64,000 nt of DNA from the NCBI GenBank assembly GCA_964016885.1, contig OZ024748.1:47182001-47246000 (forward strand), given 5' to 3'. Origin of the DNA: Eledone cirrhosa. Its lineage: Eukaryota. Below the pieces are notes generated by a model that saw only the letters and a list, made by a program, of their open reading frames with translations, did not search any database and was not told the DNA's origin. The position numbers and the translations under genes are program-made. The stretch's first letter is position 1. Each line of letters begins with the position of its first letter. This document shows positions 14,830 through 25,369 of the stretch, in pieces.

Positions 14830-15027
14830 TTTTATATGTATGTGTGTGTGTATGTGTATATATGTATATATATATGTGTGAATGTATGTGTTTGTGTGTG
14901 TGTTTGTATGTATGTGTATGTATGTGTGTGCATATGAATGTATGTGTATGTATAGTATAGTTTACACGAGAGAGACATACGTACATGTAGGTGTGTATAC
15001 ATATTTATGTGTATATATGTATACATA

Positions 15028-15078
<51 letters not shown>

Positions 15079-15216
15079 GTGTGCGCACGTGTGTATGTGT
15101 AGATATATATGTGTGTGTATGTGTATGCGTGTGTGTGTGTATATTTGTGTGTTTTGGTTTTTCTTGTGTATATATGTATATATATGTATGTATGTATGTG
15201 TGTGTGTGTATATGTA

Positions 15217-15249
<33 letters not shown>

Positions 15250-15384
15250 ACGCACACATATGTATGTGTGTGTGTGTATATTTATATATATATATATATA
15301 TGTATGTATATGTTTGTGAATGTGTAGGTGTGCACACACACACACATATATATATATGCATATATATATATGTATATATATATA

Positions 15385-15419
<35 letters not shown>

Positions 15420-15933
15420 GTATATATGTGTGTGTAAGTGTTTAAATATGTGTGTGTATATATATGTGTGTGTAAGTGTTTTTGTATGTGGTTGTGAGTA
15501 TGTAAATATATTTTATTCTCTCCATCCTACAAAAACACTCTGGCCACCTGTGGCTTGTATGTTAACTTGACCACTCACCCCAGCCCCTGCCATGATTCGG
15601 TCTTGTTTAATGCTTAATTTCTATTACCAACCCACCTAAATTTCCCTACTATATATTTGTTGAATTACTATTCTTGGGGTTTTTATTTATTTATTTTTTT
15701 TCATTTATTTTTTATTTATTTTATTTATTTATTCTTTTATCTATTTATTTATTTATTTATTTACTTATTTCAAAAAAGCACTCTGGCTAATTGACCACTC
15801 CCCAAAGAAAAAACGGCCTGTGCCATGAAGTGGTCCTGTGTACCTAAATACCCCCCCCCCCACCAACCCTCTTCCACCACCCCTCCCTTACCACTACCTA
15901 AATGTATAAATACCAGAACTTAATATGACAACC

Positions 15934-15984
15934 AGCTTCCTGAAGATTTCATCTGAATGAAACAGTACTAGTCCTGTAGAAGCT
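15934..15984 (+). ncRNA. Type I hammerhead ribozyme in the PLE 3' region
   Basis: agcttc-CTGAAGA-t-ttca-tc-tgaa-t-GAAA-cagtactagtcctg-TA-gaagct. Helix I has 6 bp, and helix III is one change from the palindrome caggactagtcctg. Confidence 0.8.
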
Positions 15985-16125
15985 CCTTCTATAAAATAAA
16001 AAAAAATACATATATATATATATGTATATATATATATATGTATATATATATGTATATATATATATATATATACATATATATACATATATATTTACATATA
16101 TATATATATATATATAAATACATAT

Positions 16126-16170
<45 letters not shown>

Positions 16171-16193
16171 TATACATATATACATATATACAT

Positions 16194-16224
<31 letters not shown>

Positions 16225-16231
16225 TAGTATA

Positions 16232-16268
<37 letters not shown>

Positions 16269-16270
16269 GC

Positions 16271-16301
<31 letters not shown>

Positions 16302-16322
16302 CATATTTATATATATATATGC

Positions 16323-16353
<31 letters not shown>

Positions 16354-16359
16354 CATATT

Positions 16360-16395
<36 letters not shown>

Positions 16396-16405
16396 CATAC
16401 ATATA

Positions 16406-16579
<174 letters not shown>

Positions 16580-16580
16580 C

Positions 16581-16668
<88 letters not shown>

Positions 16669-16759
16669 CGAAGGAAATGTGGTAAGGAACCAGGTGGACC
16701 ATAACGCACCAAAGTACTCAATACTTGAGGTAGTAGAGTGGGTAATAGGAACCAGTAAG

Positions 16760-16853
16760 ACCCCGACAGCTGAGCTCAAGCCGTTTCGACGGCTAATTCT
16801 GGACTAAATGAAAATTTATCCTGGTATTTAAATAGCCGATCTTCTCAAGGGGT
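16760..16853 (-). ncRNA. Type I hammerhead motif, U3-A8 variant, long helix II loop
   Basis: Reverse complement: acccc-TTGAGAA-gatcggcta..tagccgtc-GAAA-cggct-tgagctc-agctg-TC-ggggt. Confidence 0.72.
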
Positions 16854-17965
16854 AATTCCATATATGGTCAAAGTGATTGTCAAAAATCAGTAGTAATTCT
16901 GTGGTTGCAAATTAGTAGGGGAGATGGTGGCTAAACCTGCCAGTAGGAGAAAGAAGGGAGGGGGTGGAGTAGACCCAATCAAGCGTTGGTAGTGCCAGCT
17001 ACAGCTGGGCATGAGGTCAAAGAAGATACAGGGGAGGGGGAGGGGGAGGAAGTCGGAACGGTAGGTAGAACAATGGGGGGTAGAAATATATAGGAAAGAA
17101 AAAATACTGAGAGTGAAGAAAAGCAAATAAGTGTAAAGAAAAAAGTAAAGTAAATTAAATTCTACGACCTAGGTCTCTAGCTATTGTTAGGCTAGAATAA
17201 ATAAATAAAGAAAGAAAGAAGTAAAGAAAGAAATAAAGAAATAACGAAATAAGTAAAAGAACTAGGTGGGACGGAATAGGCAAGGACCCTTTTAAGAGGT
17301 ATAAGTACGTAAATGATATGGTGACGGGTCAACAAAAGGGGCCAAAATACTAAAGACACTACCACGAAATAAACAATAAAGGTTTCCATTCCAGGCACAA
17401 TGCCAGCAACCACCCAGTGCAACAAAGTGAACTTGTACGAGATAATAATTCTGAGTCCCGAGAAAAATATATACTAATGCTAACTCTAAACGATCTAAAA
17501 CAAGCTACATGAAAGTTCGTACGAAGTAAAGGTAGAATACGGAAAAATAAATTCAGAATCCACCCCGCCCAAAAGAAAAGCGAAGAAAGAAATACTGAAA
17601 CGAAAAAATAAGGCATAAGTGCCACTAAGAAATTTAGAGGGCACAGAGAATAGTGGGAGCGGTCGGAAAAAGGGGACAAGTATCCGGGGTCTAAACCAAC
17701 TGCTATAAAGGGCGGAGTCCGCCAAATCTATCATAGACTAGGGGAGGGGGGTGGGGGTACTAAGGCTACAAGGGGCCAAAGGGCAGCCTCGGGTGGGCGA
17801 GAAAAGACGCCGACAAAGGAGAAGAGCTGGGGTAGAAGGACTAAGGAGAGAGGGGGGAAGGAAATAAAGGAATAGATAAAAGAATACAAAGAAGATCTTA
17901 CGTCTCCCTTGGCAAGCAGGGGTTACCCATTGCAAAATCGGCAAGTGGGGTGTTATAGCCCTAGT

Positions 17966-18518
17966 CTACCCCCCCCCCCCCCCCGGGTCATTATGGGGTT
18001 TGAGGGCGAGGTAAGTCCTACGCAATCTATGTTTACATGCAGTAACCAGTTCATCTTTCTTGTTTAGGAGTTGGTCCGTCGAAAACAGCATTTGTAAAGT
18101 TTCCTCCGAGCATAAAGTGCACGGACGGCGTCCTCCCGTGTAAGAATTGGCTCTGGACAGTAATCTCCAAGTGAGATCATAGGTGATGTTGTTGTCCTTG
18201 AGGTCCCATATGTGGCCCGAAAGTGTAGTGGCGTGACGCCGGGCCGGGTTTCGGAAGGTATGTCTATGTTGGTATAGCCGGGTCTTGAAGTCACATGCGG
18301 TAAGTCCTATATAGGCTTTGTTGGAGGTATCCGTCCTCACGTTGCACTGGTAGATCACATTACAGTCTCTGCATCTATTGTCGAGTGGGCAAATAGATCT
18401 ATCCGGGCAGTTACACCTCCTGGTCGGTTCTCCACTGCTATTTAGGTTATTTCTGCCATAGGGGTTGAGTTTTTTGTTGTTAGAGGAGACGATATTTTGT
18501 GCGAAGTTTGGTGTAGTG
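17966..18518 (-). pseudogene. PLE C-terminal fragment: Cys linker + GIY-YIG endonuclease (open but 5'-truncated)
   Basis: TTPNFAQNI..CNCPDRSICPLDNRC..VIYQCNV..AYIGLTACDFKTRLYQH..CTLCSEE..LLNKKDELVTACKH. The ORF-track Met comes from the inverted arm. Confidence 0.9.
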
Positions 18519-18608
18519 CTGGCAGGTTTAGCCACCATCTCCCCTACTAATTTGCAACCACAGAATTACTACTGATTTTTGACAATCACTTTGACCATAT
18601 ATGGAATT

Positions 18609-18702
18609 ACCCCTTGAGAAGATCGGCTATTTAAATACCAGGATAAATTTTCATTTAGTTCAGAATTAGCCGTCGAAACGGCTTGAGCGCAGCTGTCGGG
18701 GT
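18609..18702 (+). ncRNA. Type I hammerhead motif, U3-A8 variant (inverted-arm copy)
   Basis: acccc-TTGAGAA-gatcggcta-(37 nt)-tagccgtc-GAAA-cggcttgagcgcagctg-TC-ggggt. Confidence 0.72.
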
Positions 18703-18712
18703 CTTACTGGTT

Positions 18713-18784
<72 letters not shown>

Positions 18785-18798
18785 CATATATATATATT

Positions 18799-18936
<138 letters not shown>

Positions 18937-19077
18937 CATATATATATATATGGATGTATATATAATGTATTTTGCAATACACTTTATGCTTAATTAAAAG
19001 CATTTTGAAGACCGTAAGCTATTGTTTTAAAGTAGTGACAAATTCACTTACTTTGATCTCAGCAAACAGGGGAGATA

Positions 19078-19121
19078 AGCCGACAAGTCTTGTTTCGCTT
19101 TGGTTGAAGCTTATCAAGGCC
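19078..19121 (-). ncRNA. Type I hammerhead, U3-A8 variant
   Basis: Reverse complement of the 19451-19494 motif. Confidence 0.8.
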
Positions 19122-19393
19122 AACTACCCCTCCTGTCTACCGACATCATTGATGTTATATTCTTATAGAAATCTAGTAAATAATCAGGAGCTGATTATGC
19201 AGAGCGGTTGTTGGTCAGGCAGAAATTAAAAATTAGAATTGGAGCTCTGAAATAGCAATATATATATGGATGTATATATAATGTATTTTGTAATACACTT
19301 TATACTTAATTAAAAGCATTTTGAAGACCGTAAGCTATTGTTTTAAAGTAGTGACAAATTCACTTACTTTGATCTCAGCAAACAGGGGAGATA

Positions 19394-19437
19394 AGCCGAC
19401 AAGTCTTGTTTCGCTTTGGTTGAAGCTTATCAAGGCC
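19394..19437 (-). ncRNA. Type I hammerhead, U3-A8 variant
   Basis: Reverse complement of the 19451-19494 motif. Confidence 0.8.
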
Positions 19438-19450
19438 AGGAGGGGTAGTT

Positions 19451-19494
19451 GGCCTTGATAAGCTTCAACCAAAGCGAAACAAGACTTGTCGGCT
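19451..19494 (+). ncRNA. Type I hammerhead, U3-A8 variant
   Basis: ggcc-TTGATAA-gctt-caacca-aagc-GAAA-caag-a-cttg-TC-ggct. All three helices pair and the cleavage triplet is GUC. A fourth, truncated copy lies at 19767-19800. Confidence 0.82.
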
Positions 19495-19804
19495 TATCTC
19501 CCCTGTTTGCTGAGATCAAAGTAAGTGAATTTGTCACTACTTTAAAACAATAGCTTACGGTCTTCAAAATGCTTTTAATTAAGCATAAAGTGTATTGTAA
19601 AATACATTATATATACATCCATATATATATTTCTATTTCAGAGCTCCAATTCTAATTTTTAATTTCTGCCTGACCAACAACCGCTCTGCATAATCAGCTC
19701 CTGATTATTTACTAGATTTCTATAAGAATATAACATCAATGATCTCGGTAGACAGGAGGGGTAGTTGGCCTTGATAAGCTTCAACCAAAGCGAAACAAGA
19801 TAGG

Positions 19805-19918
19805 AGCAACGTGAAATAAAGTGTCTTGCTCAAGGACATAACGCATTGCCTGGTCCAGGAATCGAACTCACAACCTTACGATTGGAATCCAATTCTCTAA
19901 CCACTCAGCCACACGCCT
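19805..19918 (-). mobile_element. Second tRNA-derived SINE head
   Basis: Reverse complement: ggcgtgtggctgagtggttagag..gtgagttcgattcctggacc..tgtccttgagcaagacacttta (A and B boxes followed by a SINE core-like segment). Confidence 0.7.
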
Positions 19919-19933
19919 TCACTATATACACAC

Positions 19934-20006
<73 letters not shown>

Positions 20007-20055
20007 CATATACATATATATATACATACATATATATACATATATATATATATAC

Positions 20056-20098
<43 letters not shown>

Positions 20099-20119
20099 GA
20101 TAAATATGTATATATATAT

Positions 20120-20150
<31 letters not shown>

Positions 20151-20723
20151 CATATATATATACATATTTATATATATACATATATATCTACATATCTATA
20201 TATATATACATAGATAAATATGTATATATATATATATACACACACACACATATATATATATATATGTATTGCTCCATATATTCCATCCAGACTTTTACAA
20301 CAACTTGACTGCTCTCCCACCTTCGGATTTTCAACTTGTCGTACACTGAAGTTGTAACTCACTATATAACATTGAGATAAATATATCTCCACACTAAACA
20401 GATGCAACGCAATTCAGGCAGAATTTATGACGAAAGAGCTTTGACAATTAAACATGAAAATTTAATAACCATCCGGTTAATAAACTAACCGAGGTATGGA
20501 TTAGTTATCTAACTAATATTAAAATCGAAGAGAAACTCATTGATGCGTGTGTTTATAAGGAGAGTTTCTAAAGTATTTCAATGTCTGTTTCACATATAGT
20601 GTCTTGCAAGGAAAGTAAATATAAAAACGACGTATATATACATATATATATAACTTTGATAAGTTTTGGTCTGCATTGGCCTGTATTGGCCATGTCTAAA
20701 TTTATAGCACATATATATATATC

Positions 20724-20890
20724 TAATAGAGAAATGGGTTCTACAGGACTAGAACTGTTTCCTTTGACCTACGAATGTAACTCTACTAGTCCTGTAGAAA
20801 CAAATTCTATATTAAATTTATTTTTTACACTCTTCTATTGCATTGAGCACCTTACTTACTGTGGTTAGATCCGATTGAACCAGGGACTCA
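20724..20890. mobile_element. Short fold-back of a family-B-like PLE 3' end
   Basis: ttctacaggactag / ctagtcctgtagaa. 20785-20890 is the reverse homolog of 12470-12575. Confidence 0.7.
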
Positions 20891-20927
20891 TACACATACA
20901 CCACACACACATACACACGCACGCACG

Positions 20928-21033
<106 letters not shown>

Positions 21034-21392
21034 AAGAATTAGTATATCTAGTAACATATATATACACAGATGCATACTTGTGCTAGCAAATATATAGGTT
21101 TTGTCTTAGTAACTTTGTGGTTCAATGCATGGGGCTGCAGAACAATAATATGAGAGACGCAGTAGGCAGTGATTTTCTCAATGGCTTGGAATTTAGTCCA
21201 CGCTTTGCTTTTTTCCATCCACTGAATTATTTTTGTATAATTTCCCTGTGTCCACGTATTGCCTGGAAACTTAGCTGAGAATAGACTTCCCTGATGAAAG
21301 GCTTCTCCGTACGCTTCTTCGGAAAGTATGTTTATTCCCTTTCAGAAACTAATTAGTTGGGAGTGAAATTTTTGTAAGTAAGTTATTTTACG

Positions 21393-21449
<57 letters not shown>

Positions 21450-21895
21450 AAAAGAATCAGGACCCCGACGGCTGAACTCCGGCCGCTTCGACAGCTATCC
21501 ATATATGTATATATATATTAGTATTAGGTTTCTGTCACTCGAATCTATGAATCCTAGTAACGTGGATTGAGGACTGTCTCAGCATACAGTTATTTCTATC
21601 TCAGCATGTGGACTGTCACTCGAAGTTGTTCACAGGCAGATCTTCCAAGGCACAGGAATCGATAATCCATGGAGTCATTAGAATTAGACAAAGAGTTCCA
21701 CGAACACACGGTCCACTATACAAGAAGGGAAAACATTTATTGGAATAAATACTTTAACACCTTGTCCAGTGAAAGGTGTATTCGTGTAATCATTGTCAAA
21801 TTATATATATATATAGTAATAATTGTTTCTACTTTTGTCACAAGGCCAGCAATTAACCAGTGTATTACTGGTACTTTATTTTATCGACCCCGTAA

Positions 21896-23313
21896 TGTTT
21901 TAGGAGGACACGGTTAATGGGTCTGACGCAGGGGGGCCCCCACGTCCTCTTTAAGAGTGTCTTTTAACGTTTTGTAAATGTCCATTGGGGCTTTTATCAT
22001 CTTTAGATGGGGAAGCCCCGTTGCTTGTGCGAAATTCGAACCTTCGGTTTTTATTAAGTTGTTATTATAAATAACTGTTTCTACGTTAGGCACAAGGCCA
22101 GCAATTACCCAGTACATTACTGGTACTTTATTTTATCGACCCCTTAAGGATGAAAGGCAAGTTAACCTCGGCGGGATTTGAACTCAGATCGTAAAGGCCC
22201 GTAACGCCATGCTGCAAAGCATGGGGTCCAAACCTCTATCGATACGGCCAATCCACCGCCCATATATAGTAATAATTGTTTCTACTTTTGGAACAGGGCC
22301 CCACCAAAGCCGGGTTCGTTCCCAACCCTCTCTATGATGTATCGCATGAGATGGAGGTTGTCGTGGATGGACCTGGGCGGGATGGTGCATGTTTGCGCAT
22401 CTCCCACCAGGTTTCCCACGAAAAGCGCCAACCTCTTTGCTAACACCTTGGCCAAAATCTTTAACTCTGCATTTAGCAGTGTTATGGGCCTAAAATTACT
22501 TATTTCATCCCCTTGTTCTCGTCCTTCCTCACTAGCGAGACTACGCCCTTGGTCACAGAACAGAGAATTCTCCCGTTCTGTTGCCAGTTGCAGTAGACCG
22601 CTTCGAGGAGATCGAAGAACAAGTCCGGCATACTTAAATACAGTTCGTATGGAAGGCCATCGAGGCCCGGAGATTTGCGTGTGCCGCATTGGCTCAGCAC
22701 GTCCCCTATTTCAGCAGCTGAGATCGGCCTCTCGCAGGACTTCGCCTCCTCGTCCGAAAGACGCGACAGGCCGTCGAGGTATGGACCGAGATCCACATCC
22801 CCATCCGTTCCTTCAGAACAATCGGGCAAAGTGCCTTTGAAAGGCCTCGCACATCTGCTTAGGTTCAAGGATCACCCGTCCATCCTGGTCTCGCAAAGAC
22901 CGGATAGTGGATCAAGTCCCACTTTTGGCTACTGTCACGCGGGCCCAGCTAACAGCGTTGTATGGGGGGGGGGGCAGTGTTTTAGGAGGACACGGTTAAT
23001 GGGTCTGACGCAGGGGGGGCCCAACGTCCTCTTTAAAAGTGTCTTTTAACGTTTTGTAAATGTCCATTGGGGCATGTGGAAGCCCCGTTGTTTGTGCGAA
23101 ATTCGAACCTTCGGTTTTTATTAAGTTGTTATTATAAATAACTGTTTCTACGTTAGGCACAAGGCCAGCAATTACCCAGTACATTACTGGTACTTTATTT
23201 TATCGACCCCGTAAGGATGAAAGGTAAAGTTAACCTCGGCGGGATTTGAACTCAGATCGTAAAGGGACGTAACTCTATGCTTCAAAGCATGGTGTCCGAC
23301 TCTCTACCGATAT
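21896..23313. repeat. ~340 bp direct repeats (21896-22243 and 22978-23313; LINE piece + SINE) flanking an RT fragment
   Basis: tgttttaggaggacacggttaatgggtctgacgcagggggg...SINE occurs twice. Confidence 0.85.
22296..22957 (-). pseudogene. Tx1/L1-like ORF2 fragment (RT N-terminal part)
   Basis: KSPGLDGLPYELY; NFRPITLLNAELKILAKVLAKRL; SIHDNLHLMR. Homologous to 25890-26560. Confidence 0.88.
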
Positions 23314-23329
23314 TATATATAACGTTTAA

Positions 23330-24890
23330 CATTTGTTTATTGTATTTATGTAAGTATATGCATATTTTTCTTTTTGTGTGATGTTTTTTTGTTTGCTGTT
23401 GTGTGTTTTTTTGTGTTGATGTCTGTGTTATGACGTGGGGAGGGGTTGTTTGTATTTGTGTTCTTGTTGGTGTGTTTTCTTTGTTTTCTTTTAACTTTAT
23501 GAAAGTGTCCCCCCTCCCTCGTCTGACAACGAAAGGGGGTCGTCTTCCGTATTCGAGGGGAGGAGTTCATTTTCGGCTGGTGTATGGGGTGTGGGTGTTA
23601 TTGTATTTGTTTTCTGTGTGTGGGGAGAAGGGTTTGTTTTCAGTTGCGTTTTAACTTGCGGTGTTAGTGGTTTTTTGTGGTGGTGGGGGAGGTTGTGTTG
23701 GTAGTGTTGTAGTTGTTGGTGTGGGAAAAATCGGTGTTTTTTTGTTTGCTTGAGAACAGGCAGCCCTCAGGTGACCTCTGCCACCACAGAGGTAACAAGC
23801 GAGTCGTCTACCCTCCACTGTGATGTGTAAGTAGGCAAGCCCATCCAGCAATATGCGGTCGGGGATCCTAGCAATTCGTTCTAGCTGCATCTGCACCAGA
23901 ACTTGCAGGCTAGTTCCACCGAACACGTTGCTCGAAGACTTACCAACCGAAATTACTGCATCCTCTTTCAAGTCGAGGAGGCCACACAGTACCGCCCAGA
24001 AATCAATATCTGGATCGATACTGTGTATGGTTAATCTTTGTGTTTTTCTTCCCAAATAAGTGGGGAAGAAGGTAAATAAGGGGGACACAATTGGGGCCAG
24101 GGAATGATTTTCGGCCGTCAATTTAGCTTTCATTCGGAAGGATAGACAACCGTAGAGTCTATCCTTCCGAATGAATACAATGTTTTTCAGATGATCTTTT
24201 AAAGCCAGTTCAATCTCTGTCTGTGTGAGTTGTACTGGCTTACGGTTTTATTTGATATTGTTCTATAAATAATAGTTTTTAAGCTATTTTCATGTTTTAG
24301 CTCTGGGGGAGAATTTAAAGAAAATAGACCATTCTCCTCCAAAGTTATATACTTCCGTGTATTTTCCATTTGCTGGGCCATGTTCGAAATGTCAATAGGT
24401 TCATACACAATGGGTTTTTTTATGGTTTGAGGGAACGTCATTTTGTTCGCCCCCTCTCTGTTTACATTTGTCGAAATGTTGTTACAATTTTTATTTTTTG
24501 TTGTGTTTGTGTTATTTATGTTGGTGTATGCGTTCACATTTTTTCATTAGGGTTATGCTCCGTTTTTTCAATGTTTCTAATAATCATTATTGTTTCAGTG
24601 GGGAGGCTTGTTGGCTCCGCTACCCGATCTCCTTCAGTTTGTTTAGTGGGCGTGTCATCGTTACCTGTGGTAATGGCTTCCATTACCACTAGCGTAGAGA
24701 CAATTACAAGATTTTTAGGATGAAAAATTTCACCCCAGATGGGGTGAAATAAATTAATCCTAGTGTCCGAAGACCCATGCAAGGGGGTTAATTAACACAA
24801 TAACGCAAGAATACAGACAAACACCTACAGTTAACACGTAATATCTCCAATACTCGAGGAGCCGATGTGAATAACGTCTATACCATCCGG
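23330..24890 (-). mobile_element. 5' part of a Tx1/L1-like LINE (ORF1 region, disrupted)
   Basis: ORF 23651-24133 has the zinc knuckle CYLCGGRGHLRAAC (CX2CX4HX4C), preceded by IPDRILLDG..ITVEGR. The upstream flank is (TATC)-like. Confidence 0.75.
23651..24133 (-). pseudogene. LINE ORF1 (gag-like CCHC zinc knuckle) fragment
   Basis: CX2CX4HX4C motif followed by a Pro/Thr-rich tail. Confidence 0.78.
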
Positions 24891-24898
24891 AGATAGAA

Positions 24899-25234
24899 AG
24901 ATAGATATAGGAAACTGTGTGAAATAGTTGGTACAGTTAGGTATATTTAAAAAAAGGAAACGAATGACTTCACTTGTAGTTCTAAACAATTTGATTTAAT
25001 TTTATAATATCATGATTTTACAATTTGGTTTTGTAGATGTAGTAACCAAATCTAGATCTACAAACCAAATTGTAAAATGATAATATTATAAAATTAAATC
25101 AAATTGTTTAGAACTACAAGTAAAGTCATTCGTTTCCTTTTTTTTAAATATACCTAACTGTAGCAAGTATTTCACACAATTTCCTATCTATCTGTACAAT
25201 TTTTCGAGGTGTGTACAACACTTGTGTAACACCT
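24899..25234. repeat. Fold-back insert (arms ~24899-25038 / 25056-25193, plus a tail)
   Basis: ataggaaactgtgtgaaata..ttgtagat / atctacaa..tatttcacacaatttcctat. The tail acttgtgtaacacctc resembles 448-465. Confidence 0.85.
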
Positions 25235-25362
25235 CCCCTATTGGGGATTTCAATTGTTATTTGTTATAGTATTAATAGTTTTATTTTCATATACCTATAT
25301 GTAAACTCCCTATTTGTATTTGTCCCCTTCTTTTGTGCCTTTGTGGCTAAATAAAGAAAGTT
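25235..25362 (+). mobile_element. Isolated 3' UTR of the Tx1/L1-like family
   Basis: cctattggggattt..tgtaaactcccc..ttgtcccct..ttgtggc..aaataaagaa matches 28362-28488. Confidence 0.7.
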
Positions 25363-25369
25363 ATCTATC

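Larger units (their letters stand above)
12470..16000 (+). mobile_element. 5'-truncated Neptune-type Penelope-like retroelement with an inverted 3'-end copy ('family B')
   Basis: Coding remnant at 12890-13870. 12540-12888 is the reverse complement of 15660-16000. Both ends abut (TA)n. Confidence 0.88.
16667..18716 (-). mobile_element. 5'-truncated Neptune-type Penelope-like retroelement with an inverted 3'-end copy ('family A')
   Basis: GIY-YIG ORF at 17966-18518. 18519-18716 is the reverse complement of 16746-16943. (TA)n flanks both sides. Confidence 0.9.
18947..19800. mobile_element. Non-coding composite: tandem ~315 bp units in head-to-head inverted arrangement, each carrying a hammerhead
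   Basis: 18947-19260 is repeated at 19262-19437. The inversion point is at ~19440, and the mirror runs 19441-19800. Confidence 0.8.

Noticed and set aside
18519-18538. Start codon of the 190 aa GIY-YIG ORF as a stand-alone nuclease gene
   Set aside because: The ATG and first residues come from the inverted 3'-end arm fused to a truncated PLE ORF.
21291-21330. ctgatga...ggaaag
   Set aside because: No convincing helices I-III.
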